Assembly (NCBI GenBank): GCA_004431415.1
Contig: QPMI01000013.1
Span: forward strand, 121,158 to 185,157
Length of the DNA: 64,000 nucleotides
Direction of reading: 5' to 3'
From: Cyanophora paradoxa CCMP329
Lineage: Eukaryota > Plantae > Glaucophyta
In this document: piece after piece, positions 1 through 12,497 of the stretch
Position numbering within the stretch: position 1 is the stretch's first letter
How the letters are laid out: each line of letters begins with the position of its first letter
The notes under the pieces: model-generated
Seen by the model: the letters and a program-made list of their open reading frames with translations, nothing else
What the model was told of the DNA's origin: nothing
Databases searched by the model: none
Translations under genes and position numbers: made by a program

Positions 1-1183
1 ATGCTGATGGAGATCGCCGTGAACAAGAAGCGGTACCGCCCCGCCGAGTACTTCTGCGTCTGGTACCCCCGCCACACCCCGCTACCCCCCGTCCGGTGGC
101 CCTGTACCCCCCAAACGCTCCGCCCCGCAGCCTGGTGACGGCGGGCATCTTCATGTTCATGATCCAGAAGGGGGGCGGGGGCGGGGGCCCGCAGGAGGGG
201 GCGAAGGGCGGGGCGCGGACGCTGGGCCTTGCCCTTCTAGGCCTCTCCCTCTGCATGGACGCCTTCACGGGGCCGTTCCAGGAGCGCATCATGCACAAGC
301 ACTCCCCCTCCACCCGCCAGGCGCGTAACCCCCTTCCCTCTCTCGCCTCCTCGCATGCGGATCGATCTGAGTCGGATCGGGCTCAGGTGATGCTGAACCT
401 GAACGCCTGGAGCGTGGCGCTGCTCGTTGCGGCGCTCGTGATCACGGGAGAGGGGGTACGCGCCTTCGCGTTCGTGGCGCGGTACCCCGGCGTCCTCCTC
501 CAGGTCATTCCCCCCTCCCTCCCCCCCTCACCTCTTTCCGTGTCACCTGAGTTCTGAGTCGGGCGCGCGGCTCAGGTGGCCATGTTCTCGTGCTGCTCGG
601 CCGTCGGCCAGAGCTTCATCTTCTCCTGTGCGGCCCTGCGTACCCCGCGGCTCCACCCCGCGCTTGTACCCCTGACTCTCCCCCCCACACCCCCCAGGCA
701 TCCACCACTTCGACGCGCTGGTGTGCACGACGGTGACGACGACGCGCAAGTTCTTCACCATCCTCGCCTCCGTCGTGCGCCCGCCCCGCCCGCCCCGCCC
801 CCTCGGCTCTCCAGCGCCTCTCGTCTCTAGGTCCTTCTAGCTCCTCCCTCTAGCCCCGCCCATCCATCTCCTCTCCATCTCCTCTACCCATCGCCGCCCG
901 CCGGCCCCGCCACCGCTCGGCCCCCGCCGCCCACCCGTCCGCCCACCCTCCCGCCTCCCTGTTCCCTCGCCTCACTCCCTTTTAAGCTTCCCTCGCCTCA
1001 CTCACTCTCCCCTCTCTTCTTCCCCGTCTCCGCCCCCCGCAGCTGTGGTTCCGGCACGCGCTCTCGCTGGGCCAGTGGGCGGGCGTCGCCCTCGTCTTCT
1101 CGGGCCTGGGGTACAACATCTACGTCAAGCACGCCGGCAGCGGCGCCGCGCCCCGCGTCAAGCTCAAGGCCGCCCTCCTCTGA
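1..1183 (+). CDS. Nucleotide-sugar (UDP-galactose/UAA family, SLC35B1/UTr-like) transporter, multi-exon, 5' part outside window
   Basis: Spliced peptides LSLCMDAFTGPFQERI, VMLNLNAWS, CSAVGQSFIF, FDALVCTTVTTTRKFFTILASV and GQWAGVALVFSGL are typical of the UAA transporter family. Stop TGA at 1181-1183. Confidence 0.88.
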
Positions 1184-1963
1184 GGGGGGGGGGGGGGGGG
1201 GGGGGGGCGCCCCGCCCCGCCCCTTCCCCCCTCTTCGATCCATTCCTTTCCTTCCCACCCATCCGACAGACAGTCCGACGGTCCGGCCCGGACCGTTAAA
1301 CCATGCAGTGTCTGTGTCCTGCAAGCAGTGCTCATGTGATCGATTGCGCATGCAATGAATATCCTCAACGAATGCGACAGTCCGGCAGCCCCCTATTCGC
1401 CGAGGCTCCCCCTGAGTCCCCATATGCATTCTAAGAATTCTGATGATCATGAAAAGATGGCCGATTGCGAATTAGAATGCATCATGGCATTCATGATCAG
1501 TGGGATGAGACGACAGTCTTCCCGCTCGTAAGCAGTGCTCGTGTCACTCAGTGTGACTCAGTGATCAATTGCCAAGTTGCAACGAACATTCATATGCCGC
1601 CGGGCCGCATGCAGTGCGACAGTTCGGCAGCCCCCCCGCGGGCGCAGGGCAGATCTAGATCTAGACGGCGCCGCGGCCGCCCCGGCGGCCACAGCAGATC
1701 TAGATGACTACATGCACAGCGCTCAGGAGCTAGCCTAGTAGCGGTCCGCATGCGCATGCAACCCGCAAAAATGCCGCTGCCGGACGCATGAGGATGAAAA
1801 GAACGCTGCCGGCGCCCCGAATGCCATGATGCTCTCCAAGAATGTTGCCAAGTTGAAAAGACGTCCGAATGCATTCATCTGAATCCATGAAGCTACTAGG
1901 CTAATTTCAGAGCCAGAGCCAGCTGCGCCCGGGCGCTGGGCACGGGCGCGGGCGCGGGCCCGG

Positions 1964-4900
1964 CTAGGCCTGGAGGCGGCCCTTCTTGGCGAGGGCGCGG
2001 AGGCCCTCCGCCAGGCCGTCCACCTTCGCGTGCAGCGCCGCAAGGCTCTCCGCCTGCGCGCCCCGGGGCCAGGGCCCCCCGTCATGGTCAGCCTCAGAAA
2101 GAAAGCTAAAGCTAAGGAAGCAAGCTTTAAAGCTGAGCCTTTTCTTTCTAAGGAAGCTAAAGCCAGGAGACTGAGATCCCGGCTGCCCGCCCTCTTAGAT
2201 CGAGAGCTCAGCTACCCCGTCCTACTCTCTTCCTACCCCCGGCCCCTCACCCGGCCCGTCCGGCTCGCACCTGGCGGGCCCCGGCGCCTAGAAAGCAAGC
2301 TTATGCACTAGAAGGAAAGCTTAGCCCGATAAGAACGAGAGCCTCTAGCTTACGAGAGAGGAAGCTAAGCTAGGGACGGACCTGGCGGGCCTCGGCGCCC
2401 TGGACGCGGGCCTGGAGGGCCCCGAGGGCCTCCCCGAGGCGCTCCTCCAGCGCCCCCGTCTTCCGCGCGATCGCCTCCTGCGCGGGGGGTTCAGAGGGCT
2501 CAGAGGGACCGGGGCGCGAGAAGGAGAAGGGGCGAAAAGGGGGGGGGGGGGGGGGGGGGGGCGACGGGGATCAGAGGAGAAGGAGCAGGAGAGGGGAGGA
2601 CGGGAAGCTTGAATTGAAGCCTGAGGGAGGGACCCCTAGGCTGAGGCGCGAATCCCCGGAGACCGGAGGTGAATCAAGCTTTGAGCTAACTTAGTAAACG
2701 CCTAAGAAGGACGGGGCCCCTGGACAAAGCGTGGGGGCATCGGGGCGCATGGACTCGTGCTGGACTTGCCCAGGCAGTTCCAAGCTAGGCGAGCTGCAGG
2801 GGCCGTGTGCTAGACATGGGCGGCGGCTGCAACCTAAGCGTCGCAGGCGGGGGCCCACGGACCTGGATGGCGGGGAGGAGGGTGTGCTTGAGGGCGGCGA
2901 CGGCGGCGTCCTCCTCCCCCGCCCGCGCCCCCGTCGCGACCCCCCGGAACGGCGCCTCGATCCACTCCTCCAGCGCCTCCTCCCCGCCCTCGAGCTCGAG
3001 CTCGCCCAGGCCGGCCCGGAGGCTCAGCGCCCGCGCCGAGGCCGAGAGGAGGGGCCGCCCGCCCCCGCCGGGGGCCGCCCCCGGCGGCTCGTGCTCCAGC
3101 CCCGCGCGGAACGCAGCGGCCGCCATGGCCACGGGCCTGCGCGGGCGGGCGGGCGGGGCCCTGTTCAGCCGGTCGGCCCTCATTAAATAACAAGCGTTCG
3201 CACCGGACGTTCTTGCGCCAGCTCGCGCGGTCGGCGACGGTCCCGGGGGCGGGGCCCTTCCGCGGGCTCGGCTCCTCCCGGGGCGGCGCCACCCGCAGGC
3301 ACCGCTGCAGACAGAAAGAATCGAAAGCAAGCACAGTGGGAGGGGCGAGGGGGGGCGACAAGGGCGGACTGCGAGGGGCACGAGGAGGAGGGCGATGAGG
3401 GGCTCGAGGAGGTTGAAAGGGGGCGGCAGGCGGAAGCCCCCCTCCTCGTACAGCAGCACCCGCTCCGTCAGCTGCGGCGCGGCGGAGGCGAGGAGGCGGG
3501 GAGCGAGAGTAAGTGAGCGGGGCGGGGTCAAGGGGCCGGGGAGGCGGCGCGAGGCGCGGCTAGGGTCGGCTGGGTTCGGCCCGGCCCGGCCCGGCGCGGC
3601 CCGGCGCGGCTCGTCGGGGCCGCGCTCTCTCGCACCTTGAAGAGGAGGGTGTCGCGGGATGCGACGGAGACGGCCGTGATCGTGTTCGAGAAGGAGGCGA
3701 TCAGGAGGTTCTGGGGGGAGGCGGGCGAGGATTAAAATAGAGAGGAGGAGGAGAGGCGGGGAGGGACGCGGGACAGACGAGGAGGAGGATGTTGGTGAGG
3801 ATGAGGAAGGCGGAGAAGATGACGCGCCCGAGGTAGGGCGAGCCCACCATCGACTGCGCCGCGAGGGAGAGGGTTGTCAGCGGGGGCCCGGGGGCAAGGG
3901 ATTAGATCTACGTCAGAGGTCTATCTACGCCCAGAGGCGGGGCGGGCGGGGCGGGACAGAGGCTCGGGGCGGGGGCGAGCCGGGGGCGGGCCCGCTCGTA
4001 CAGGAGGGGCCTATGTGGTCCGAGAGAAGGGAGGAGATCTAAAAGGCCGGGGCCGGGGCCGGGCCGGGGGAGAGGGCCGGGGACGGGGCTACTCGGGACG
4101 GGCCTGCTCGTACCAATGTGAGATCTACTAAGATCTCTCTTAGAGAGGCGGGGCCTATGTGATCCTGTGTCTAAGACCTACTCTTAGATCTACTAAGATT
4201 CAAGGGAGAGGGCCGGGGCGGCCCGAGGCGGTCGACGCCCAGAGGCGGGGCGGGGTGGCTCGGGCCGGGTCGAGCGGGCCCGGGGCGCGCCTGCTCGTAC
4301 TGGATGTCGCCAAGCATGGCGCGGAAGAGGAAGTTGCTCGCCGAGAAGAAGTTCGGCCGGTCCTCCGGGCCCTGCGTACACGCAAGCGGGGCCGTGAGAG
4401 GTAGGATGGGGAGGGAGGGGAGGGGGAGGGGAGGGGAGGGGAGGGGAGGGGGCCCGAAAGGCCTGGCATTGTGGTCAACTAGGGATCTAGGGCGGGTATC
4501 GCGGGCTAGAGCGGCCGGGTGCGGACTAGATCTAGAGCACTGGGCGTGCCCGCGGGGGCGGAGGCGGAGGCGGGCGGTGTCCCCTCTAGCCCCCCCGTCC
4601 CGGAGAGCGCGCGGCGCAGGCAGGCACGGACGGTGGCCCAGAGTGCCTGGAAGGCCTGGGAGAAGCCGATGAGGACGACGCCGAGGATCGCCGAGAAGGT
4701 CAGGAAGTCCGTGAACATCTGAGAGGGGGGTATGGGAGGGCGGGAGGGAGGAGGGAGAAGGGGAGGAGCGGACGCCGATGATGATGGTCAGCATCTCGCC
4801 GAGCTGCGGGTTCGACTCGTCAGAGGCGAAAGAAAGAAGAGCAAGGGCGAAGGCGAAAGCTTGAGGGGGCAATCTAAGCAATCTATGCAAATCCACTTCG

Positions 4901-7900
4901 ATTCGCCCCGCCAGTCAGAGGCGGAGTTGTCCTAGGAGCAGGAGCGAAGGTGAATCCAGCGGGGGCAGGGCGCCTTAAGCTTGCCTTGGGGTGGAAGGAG
5001 AAGATGTTGAGGAGGCGGATCCAGAGGAGCACCGCCGAGCACGCCAGGATGTCGTATGCCTGTTAGGGGGGGAGCGAGGGTGAGGCGGGCGGCGCTGGGA
5101 ACGGCGCTACTAGAGGCTCCTCCGCTCCTGGCGTGGAGCGGACCCGGTCAACGTGCTCGAGGGAGCCCGTGGCGAGGGAGTAGACCCGCACGCACGCCGC
5201 CCCGCCCACCGTCTGCGCTGAAGGGTTCGGGAGGGGAGGGGCGGGGTGGGGAGGGGGCGGTGGGTGGGGAGGGGCGCACCGTGAGCATGACCTGGTCCAT
5301 CACGTTCCTGCGGGGGAAGGGGCGCGCGCGGACGTCTGCTTTCCGTGCGCGAATACATGAATGCGCAGGGAACAGGCAAACTCACCACACGTCCCTGCGG
5401 AACGCGTAACGCGTCAGAGCGCAGCAGAACGAGACGGGGCGGGGCGGGGCTGAACGGACCCGAAGTAGGCGCCGAGGCCGACGGTGTGCATCTGGCGCCA
5501 CTCCTCGATCGCCATGCACAGGATGTACACGTACATCGCCACCTGGAGGGGGAGCGGGGCGAAATGAGACTCGCTGGCAGAAGCTGGATGGGGGGGGGGA
5601 GAACGGGGGTACGCGGGTACCTCGGTGGCGCCGAGCTCGGAGCTGCGCGTCCACAGCACGTACGAGAAGAGCACGAGGTAGATGAAGTACTGGGGGAGAG
5701 GATGGCGGGGGGTACGGCCTCAGAGGGAGTCGAAGCGAAAGAGGGGCGGCAGGGAGCGCACGGTCATCATCTCGAGCCAGAACTTGGTGCGGGGGGAGAG
5801 CTTCAGACGCCCGGTGTCCACGAGGCTGCATGGGGGGGTAAGAAGAAGAAAGAAGGGGGGGGGTGGAGAAGGGGGGTACCTGTAGGGGCGGGCGGCGTCG
5901 GAGGCGCCGGCCATCGAGGCGCTGCGCCCCGTCCACACGTCGTTCACGAAGCTGCGAACGAAGTGAGGGGAGGTCGGGGTGGGAGGGGGGTACGTGCGCA
6001 CTCCTGGACGAAGGCGTGCCCGATGAACTTGTACGCCCTGGGACGGGGGCGCGGTCAGGGGCCCAGGACCCGAGGGCCAGGGCGGGGGCTCTGGGGCGGG
6101 GTGCGCGCTTGGCCTCGAGGGCGAGGGCGAGGATGGACTGGCCCTCCAGCACGTGCCCCAGCAGCCGCTTCGCGTACTCCTGCGGGGGGGTAGAGGCTCA
6201 GAGGGGGAGGGGGGGGAGGGGAGAGGGCGGGTCTGCGTGTAGCTAGCCGTCCGTGCCGCCTAGGAGGAGGAGGAGGGGGATGGGCGGGGGCGGAGGGCGG
6301 GCCTGTGTGTAGGCGTCGAGGAGGCGGGCGGCGAGCTCCACGCACGCGCCCCGCAGCCCGTTCAGCTTGAACGCTGCGGGGCGGAGGGGGAGGGAGGAGG
6401 GAGCTCAGCTGAGCCGAGCTAGGGAGGGAGGGGGGAAGGGGGTGGTGTGCAATGATAAGGTACCCATGAGCTTGTCGGTGTCGGCGGCGGCGGCGAACTC
6501 GCGCGAGAAGAGCAGCGCCGCCCGCACCTTGTGCCTGCGATGAGAGGGATAGCGAGAATGAGAGGGAGAGAGGGACCAGGGCGGGCGGCGGAGCAGAGGC
6601 GGCGGGGGCCGGCGCTGCGGCATTCTTCGAAGCGCCCTCGGACTAGTTTTATCTAGCTAGCCAAGGCCCAACAGCTGGGCGGGGGCCCAGCCGCGGGTTC
6701 GGGATCGGGATCGGGTTCGGGACGCACCGGGAGCACTTCTCGAAGGGGAGGACGTCCCGGCAGCGCACGAGAGCCTGCAACAGCAGCAGAAGCGGATGGG
6801 GCGGGGGCGCCGGTCAGACTGGAAGGGCGCGGCCGTGGAGGGCGGGGCGGGCGGGCGGGCGCTAGCTAGCCAGCCAGCCAGCCGCCCCCTCTAGCTAGCT
6901 TAGAGCGGGCGGGCGGACTAGCTTCGGCCGTGGAGGGCCAGTCAGCCAGCCGTGCCCGGCGCCCTCCAGCTTCGGGCGGGCAAACAGACCTGGAGGAGGG
7001 GCGCGCCGCGCTCGCCGCAGACCTCGATGGCCCCCTCACTCTCCTCGATCAGGTACCGCACCACGTTCTGGGGGGGGGAGGGGGGGGGGTGAGGGGGGTG
7101 AGGGAGAGGGGAAGGGGGGTAGGGAGCACGAGGTGGCCCTTCTCGGCGGCGGCGAGGAGCGCGTTCGAGCCGGCCTCGTCCCGCCGCAGCGGCCTGCGAG
7201 GGGGTTACGGGGGTAGGGGGGGGGGGGAAGAAGAGCCTTGAGCGAGGCGGAGGAGAGGGGAGGGGGAGGGGGGTACGCACGAGGCGCCCTTGTCGACGAG
7301 GTCCTTCACCATCTGCAGATACCCCCCCTGCAAGGCGCGAGGTGAACGGGAGGAAGGATGGGGGGGTACACGAAACGCACGGCGGCGGCGTGCATAATGG
7401 CGGTGCGGCCGCGCGCGTCCACCGCTTCGATCTCCAGAGAGGCCGCGCCCGGCCCCGGCCCGTACAGCTGTACCCCTCCCAGCCCCGACGAGCGGCGCCC
7501 GCCGGCGCCCCGCGGCACCCCCTCCGCCGAGTACGCGAACAGTTCCCTGCACCCTTTTGAGTTGAGGCGGGGGAAGGGGGGGGGGAGAAGAAGGGGGTAC
7601 GGCACCGCATGACGGGCCAGTGGCCGGCGGAGGCGGCGGCGATGAGGGGAGTGTACGCGTCGTGGTCCCGCGCGTTGAGGGCCGCCCCGGCGCGCAGCAG
7701 CTCCTGCACGACGTCGTAGTACCCGTCCCGCGCCGCACGCACCAGCAGCAGGTCCCTGTAGGGAACCATCCGTGAGGAAAGGGGGGCGGGGGGCGGGGGG
7801 TTGGGGGGGGAGCGCGTGCACCGCAGGTTGGGGTGGTGCGAGACGTACGAGATGACCGAGCGGCCGTCGCGGTCCCTCGCCCGCACGTCCGCGCCGAACC

Positions 7901-8483
7901 TCAGCAGCTCCCTGCACGCCCGCCCGCTCGTTCATGCCTCGAGCTACAGCGAGCTGGCGGCGGGTCCCGGCGGGCGGCGGGCGGCGAGCGGCGGGCCGCA
8001 CCGCGCGATATCGACGCGCTCCGTGACGCAAGCGATCAGAAGGCACGTGAATCCGTTCGCAGAGCGCGCCTCGACCGACGCCCCCGCCTCCAGCAGCGCC
8101 CTTCAGCCGCGGCGACCGGCGCGTCAGCGGGGCCCGGCGGCACGCCGAGCGCGCGAAAGGGCTCTCTAGGGCCGCACCGGACTTCGTTGACGTCGCCGCG
8201 CTCCACAGCTGCGCCGCGCGTGAGATCGAGCGCATCCGGGCGGGTCGCGGAGCGGCGCGGCTCTGCGGCCCGTACCGCGGACGAGCAGCGTGCGGCCATA
8301 CTCGTCGGTTTCCTCGATAGCCAGGTTCTCGGTCACTAGCCGCCGTATGCCGCTGCGCGGCGGCTCGAACGAGCTCGCTGTGCACCGGGGCGCGCTACGA
8401 ACGCACCGCTTTGATATCGATGTAGGGATTGGACTGGCGAGCGGCGAGGCGCCGCCGCTGCCGGGCGGGCCGTAGGCGGCCAT
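1964..8483 (-). CDS. Ankyrin-repeat TRP cation channel (TRPA/TRPN-like), many short introns
   Basis: N-terminal ankyrin exons (RAARDGYYDVVQELLRAGAALNARDHDAYTPLIAAASAGHW). TM exons follow (LLWIRLLNIFSFH, PQLGEMLTIII, FTDFLTFSAILGVVLIGFSQAF, LFRAMLGD, VIFSAFLILTNILL, NLLIASFSNT), then a TRP-box-like LPPPFNLL and a C-terminal coiled coil. ATG 8483 and stop 1964 are inferred. Confidence 0.8.
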
Positions 8484-8833
8484 GTCCAGACTTTTTTTCC
8501 CGCCAAGCCGGGGGTAGAACGTGCTTCTTCGCTGACCCGTGCATTCGAAGACCACTTCAATGGCCTTCTCGACTTCGGCGCTGGTGCCGTCATCACGTAC
8601 CGGCCCCCTCTGCGCGGCGAGCCTGCACCGACCGGCAAGGATCGGCAGCGGCCTCGTGCGGCGCGCGTTCCAGGTCCACAGTCTGGAGGGCCCGAGCACG
8701 TGCGTCGGCCGCCGCCGTTCAGATCGCCGCTTTCGATCTCACTCTGCGTCGCTCGCACCGCAGTTCGGCCTGGCTAGGACGGCGCGTGCCGCTGGCCGCC
8801 GCGGGCCCCGCCGCGAGGCAGCAGCGAGCGTGG

Positions 8834-9033
8834 ATGCGGGCGCGTACGGACGCGATGCGCTTGATACGCGCAGCGGCAGACTCCGCGAACGCAAGCAGAG
8901 CGCCGAGCGGTTTCCAGTACGCGCCTCGGCCGCGGCAGCGGAGGGGCGTGGGCGCGGGCAAGCGCACAGCTCACGGCCCCGCGCAGGCCGCTGCAGGAGG
9001 CGGGGCGGGATTCTCTAGCGCCGGGTCCGCACA

Positions 9034-9080
<47 letters not shown>

Positions 9081-12000
9081 GAGCAGCGGCGGCGTGTCGT
9101 GGTGGGGCTCATGGCCCTCGCCATCCTCATCTGCTACGCCGTGCGCGCGCGCGCCTCGCCGCCGCGCCGCCCTGTCCCGCTCACGCTCACGCTCGGTCCG
9201 CCCTCCTTCGATTCGTGGGGGGCAGGACCGGGCGAACTTCAGCGTGGCGGTGATCCCGATGGTGGAGGAGTTCGGCTGGCAGAAGCAGCTCGAGGGCATG
9301 CTCCTCGGTGCGCACCCAGCCGCCCGCCCGCCCGCCCGGCCGCTCTCTTAAGACCGGGCCCTGGGGCGCGCCCCCCCCTGGCCCCCCTAAGCCAACGCCC
9401 TTAGCCCCCCTGGAGCCTCTGCCCAACGCCCCCGGCCGGCCGGCCTGACCGGGGTACACGCGCAGGTAGCTTCTTCTACGGGTACGCGGCGTCGCAGGTG
9501 CCGGGTGGCTGGCTCGCCGAGCGCTTCGGCGGCAAGCGCATCCTCGCCGCCGGCGTCGCCCTCTGGTGCCCCTCCCTCGCACGTGTACCCCCCGGCCCCC
9601 CGGGCCCCCTCACCGCCCCGCCCCGCCCCGCCCCGCCCCGCCCCCCCCGCAGGTCCTTCTTCACGTACCTGACCGCCGACGTGCGCGCGCGCGCGCGCCT
9701 TTCCCTCTGCTCTCTCGTTCTCCCTCCCCCCCTCTTTGCTCACTCTATCTCTCCCTCTGTCTCAGGCGGCGCGGGCGGGCGTCTCGGCGCTCGTCGCCGC
9801 CCGCGTCGGCATGGGCCTCGGCGAGGGTGCGCCCCGCCCGCCCGCCTCGCAAGGCCAGCCGAGGCGAAGCCAGAGCCGGCCGGCTCTAACTAGACCCGGC
9901 CGGCTCTAGAGCTAGAGGCCAAGCTAGCCGCTTCCGAGCTCGCCGCCCTTCGCTCGCAGGGGTTGCATTCCCGGCGGTGCACAGCCTCATCGCCCGCTGG
10001 GTGCCCCAGGTCCGCAGTGCTTCCGCCCGGCCCTGCCCCGCCCGCGGCCGCTTGAACTCCAGGGACCTGGCTAGAGCGCACCAGCCCTCCTCCCTCCCTC
10101 CCTCTCTGCCTTCATCATTCTCGCGCCCCCTGTCCCGTCCGCGCGGCACTCTGGGACCGAGCTAGCCACCACAGATCACCCCCCGCCCGGCCCCCCTCTC
10201 TCCCTTCCGTTCTTCCTTCTCTTCCTGCATCTTTTCGACCCTCGCCCCCCCGCTACCACAGGCGGGGCAGAGCACGGCGGTGGCGGCGGTGACGGCGGCG
10301 AGCTACGCGGGCACCGTCGTCGCCCTCGCCGGTGCGCGGAGGAGGGATAAGGGTTGAAGGGTCTCTGAGGCCTCAGGAGCGGCCTCGACCCTTAGTTCTT
10401 AGATCCCTTCTCGAGGCGTAGCTAAAGGGTCTGAACCCTCTTCCCTCGGGGGCCCGAGTCTAGCCCCGGCTTAGAAGTACAGGAGCGTCCCCGGCTAGCC
10501 CCCGAGCGGGGGACGCTCTGGGGAGGAGCGTCCCCCGCGCCAATCCAAGGGAAGGAACCGCAAGGCCGAAGTCTAGCCTGGGCCAGCCCCCGGCCGGCGC
10601 GAGGCGCCCCCGCAGCCAAGTTACAACCCGCCCCCGCCCCCGCGCAGCGTCCCCCGCGATCATCGACGCCTCGGGCTGGCCCGCCGTCTTCACCGCCTTC
10701 GCCGCCCTCGGATTCCTCTGGCCCGCCCTACCCCGCTCCATCCCTTGTTTTTACTGTTTTCACGTTACGCTGATCGGTTCGCAGGCTGCCCCCCTGGCTC
10801 CTCTTCGCCGCGGACAGGCCCCCGGCCCCCGGCTCTGAGGCGCGCTGCGCCTCTGTTCCCCTGTGCTTCCGGGCCGACCCCGGCCCTCGGCAGGGCGTAC
10901 CTGCCGCAGGGGCGGCGGCGGCGGAGGGTACCCGGGGAGGGTCTGCGACCCTCTCGGGGGTACCCTGGCTCCGCATGGCCACGTCTAAAGAGGCCCGCCC
11001 CTCCCCTCTTCAACCCTACCCCCCCCCCTGACTTCGTTTGCAGGTGTGGGCGATCGCAATGAACCAGTACTGTGCGAGAGCCTGTACCCCCGGCCCCGCG
11101 GGGGGTACGCAGTGACCGCCGAGCAGGCTCCTCCTGGGGGTTCTACGTGCTCCTCTCCTGGCTCCCCACCTACTTCAAGGCACCCTAGCCTCCCCCCCTT
11201 TAGACCCCGTACCCCCCGCTCATTTCGTCACCCCCAGGAGGTGTACCGGGTAGAGCTTTCGGACCTGGCGGGGGTGGCGGCGGGACCCTACGTCGTACAG
11301 GGCCTCGTCGGGCTCGCCTCGGGCGTCTGGGCCGACTCCCTCATCCGCGCCGGCCGCCCCGTCAAGCAGGTGCACTAGCGCTTAGTCAAGCAGGCGCGCT
11401 AGCGCTTTGCTGAAGAAGCTTTGTTAGGTGCGGGCGTTCATGCAGGTGACGGGCATGCTGGGCCCCGCCGCCTTCCTCCTCCTCGCCGGCTTCGGCGCGC
11501 ACACGGCCGCCGAGGGCACCGCCTGCATCACGGCCGCCCTCGCCTGCTCCAGCCTGACCCTCGCCGGCGTCTCCGTCAGGTCGGATCCGATCTGATTTCA
11601 TCGGATTAGATGCGCTCAGATCTGATCTGATCTGATCTAATCTGATCTGAGCAGCCATCTGGACATCGCGCCGAAGTACGCCGGCGTCGTCTTCGGCGCG
11701 GGGAACGCGGCGGGGCAGGCGGCCGGGCTCGTCGGCGTACCCCTCGCCGGGCTCCTCCTCGAGCGCACCGAGGCGCGTCCGCGTACCCCCCGCCCCTTTC
11801 CCCCGCCGTACCCCCCTTCTGAGGAAGCGCGCAGTCGTGGCCGCTGGTCTTCGCGCTAGGGGCGGGCCACTATGTCCTCGGGGCCCTCGTATGGCTCGCC
11901 TGGGTACCCCCGCCCCGCCCCGCCCCGCCCCGCCCCCGGCCCCGCTACATCCCTTTTGGATCGAATTCGAGTTCGGAGATCTAGGGCTGAGCTCACGCCG

Positions 12001-12099
12001 CGTGCCCCGGCCCCGCAGGCGGGGGCCGAGGAGCTCGACTGGGCGCGGGACGACGCAAGTGCTGACGCCGCGTCCGACGGCCCTCCCGCGGCGCCCTAG
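8834..12099 (+). CDS. MFS anion/phosphate transporter, SLC17/PHT4 family
   Basis: DRANFSVAVIPM, SFFYGYAASQVPGGWLAERFGGKRIL, ARVGMGLGEGVAFPAVHSLIARWVP, SWLPTYF and HLDIAPKYAGVVFG across exons. Stop TAG at 12097-12099. Start codon uncertain. Confidence 0.88.
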
Positions 12100-12497
12100 C
12101 CCCGCTAGCCCCAGCCGGAAGCCAAAGCGTTCGTCTATCGTTAACGTTGAGCGTCGCTGGACTCGTGTATACGTACTTTCGCTTCACAGAGTAAGCTGCG
12201 CCTGTGGCATTGTAAAATCGCACAACGTCGACGCTGCGCAGACACGTGCACATGTACATGTACATGATCACGAAATAGCGGGGCGCGGCGGGCGCTCGCC
12301 CGCGTGCGGACTGTGAATAAGCTAGCGCTGGCTAGACCGAGCGAAAGTACAGAGCTAGTGCCGAAATATTGTTTCTTATGGAGTGTAGAGAGGGAGGGGG
12401 CCGGGGGTAGATAGAGATTGCGGTTTTAGGGTGGTTGCGCGCGCGCGCGCGCGCTCACGCGGCGCGCGGGGGGTACGTATACGGTCGTCGGTCGCTG

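Noticed and set aside
9034-9078. (GGC)n tract, poly-G runs (about 1184 and 2540) and the polyQ tract (about 17602-17669)
   Set aside because: Ordinary simple repeats for this genome composition.
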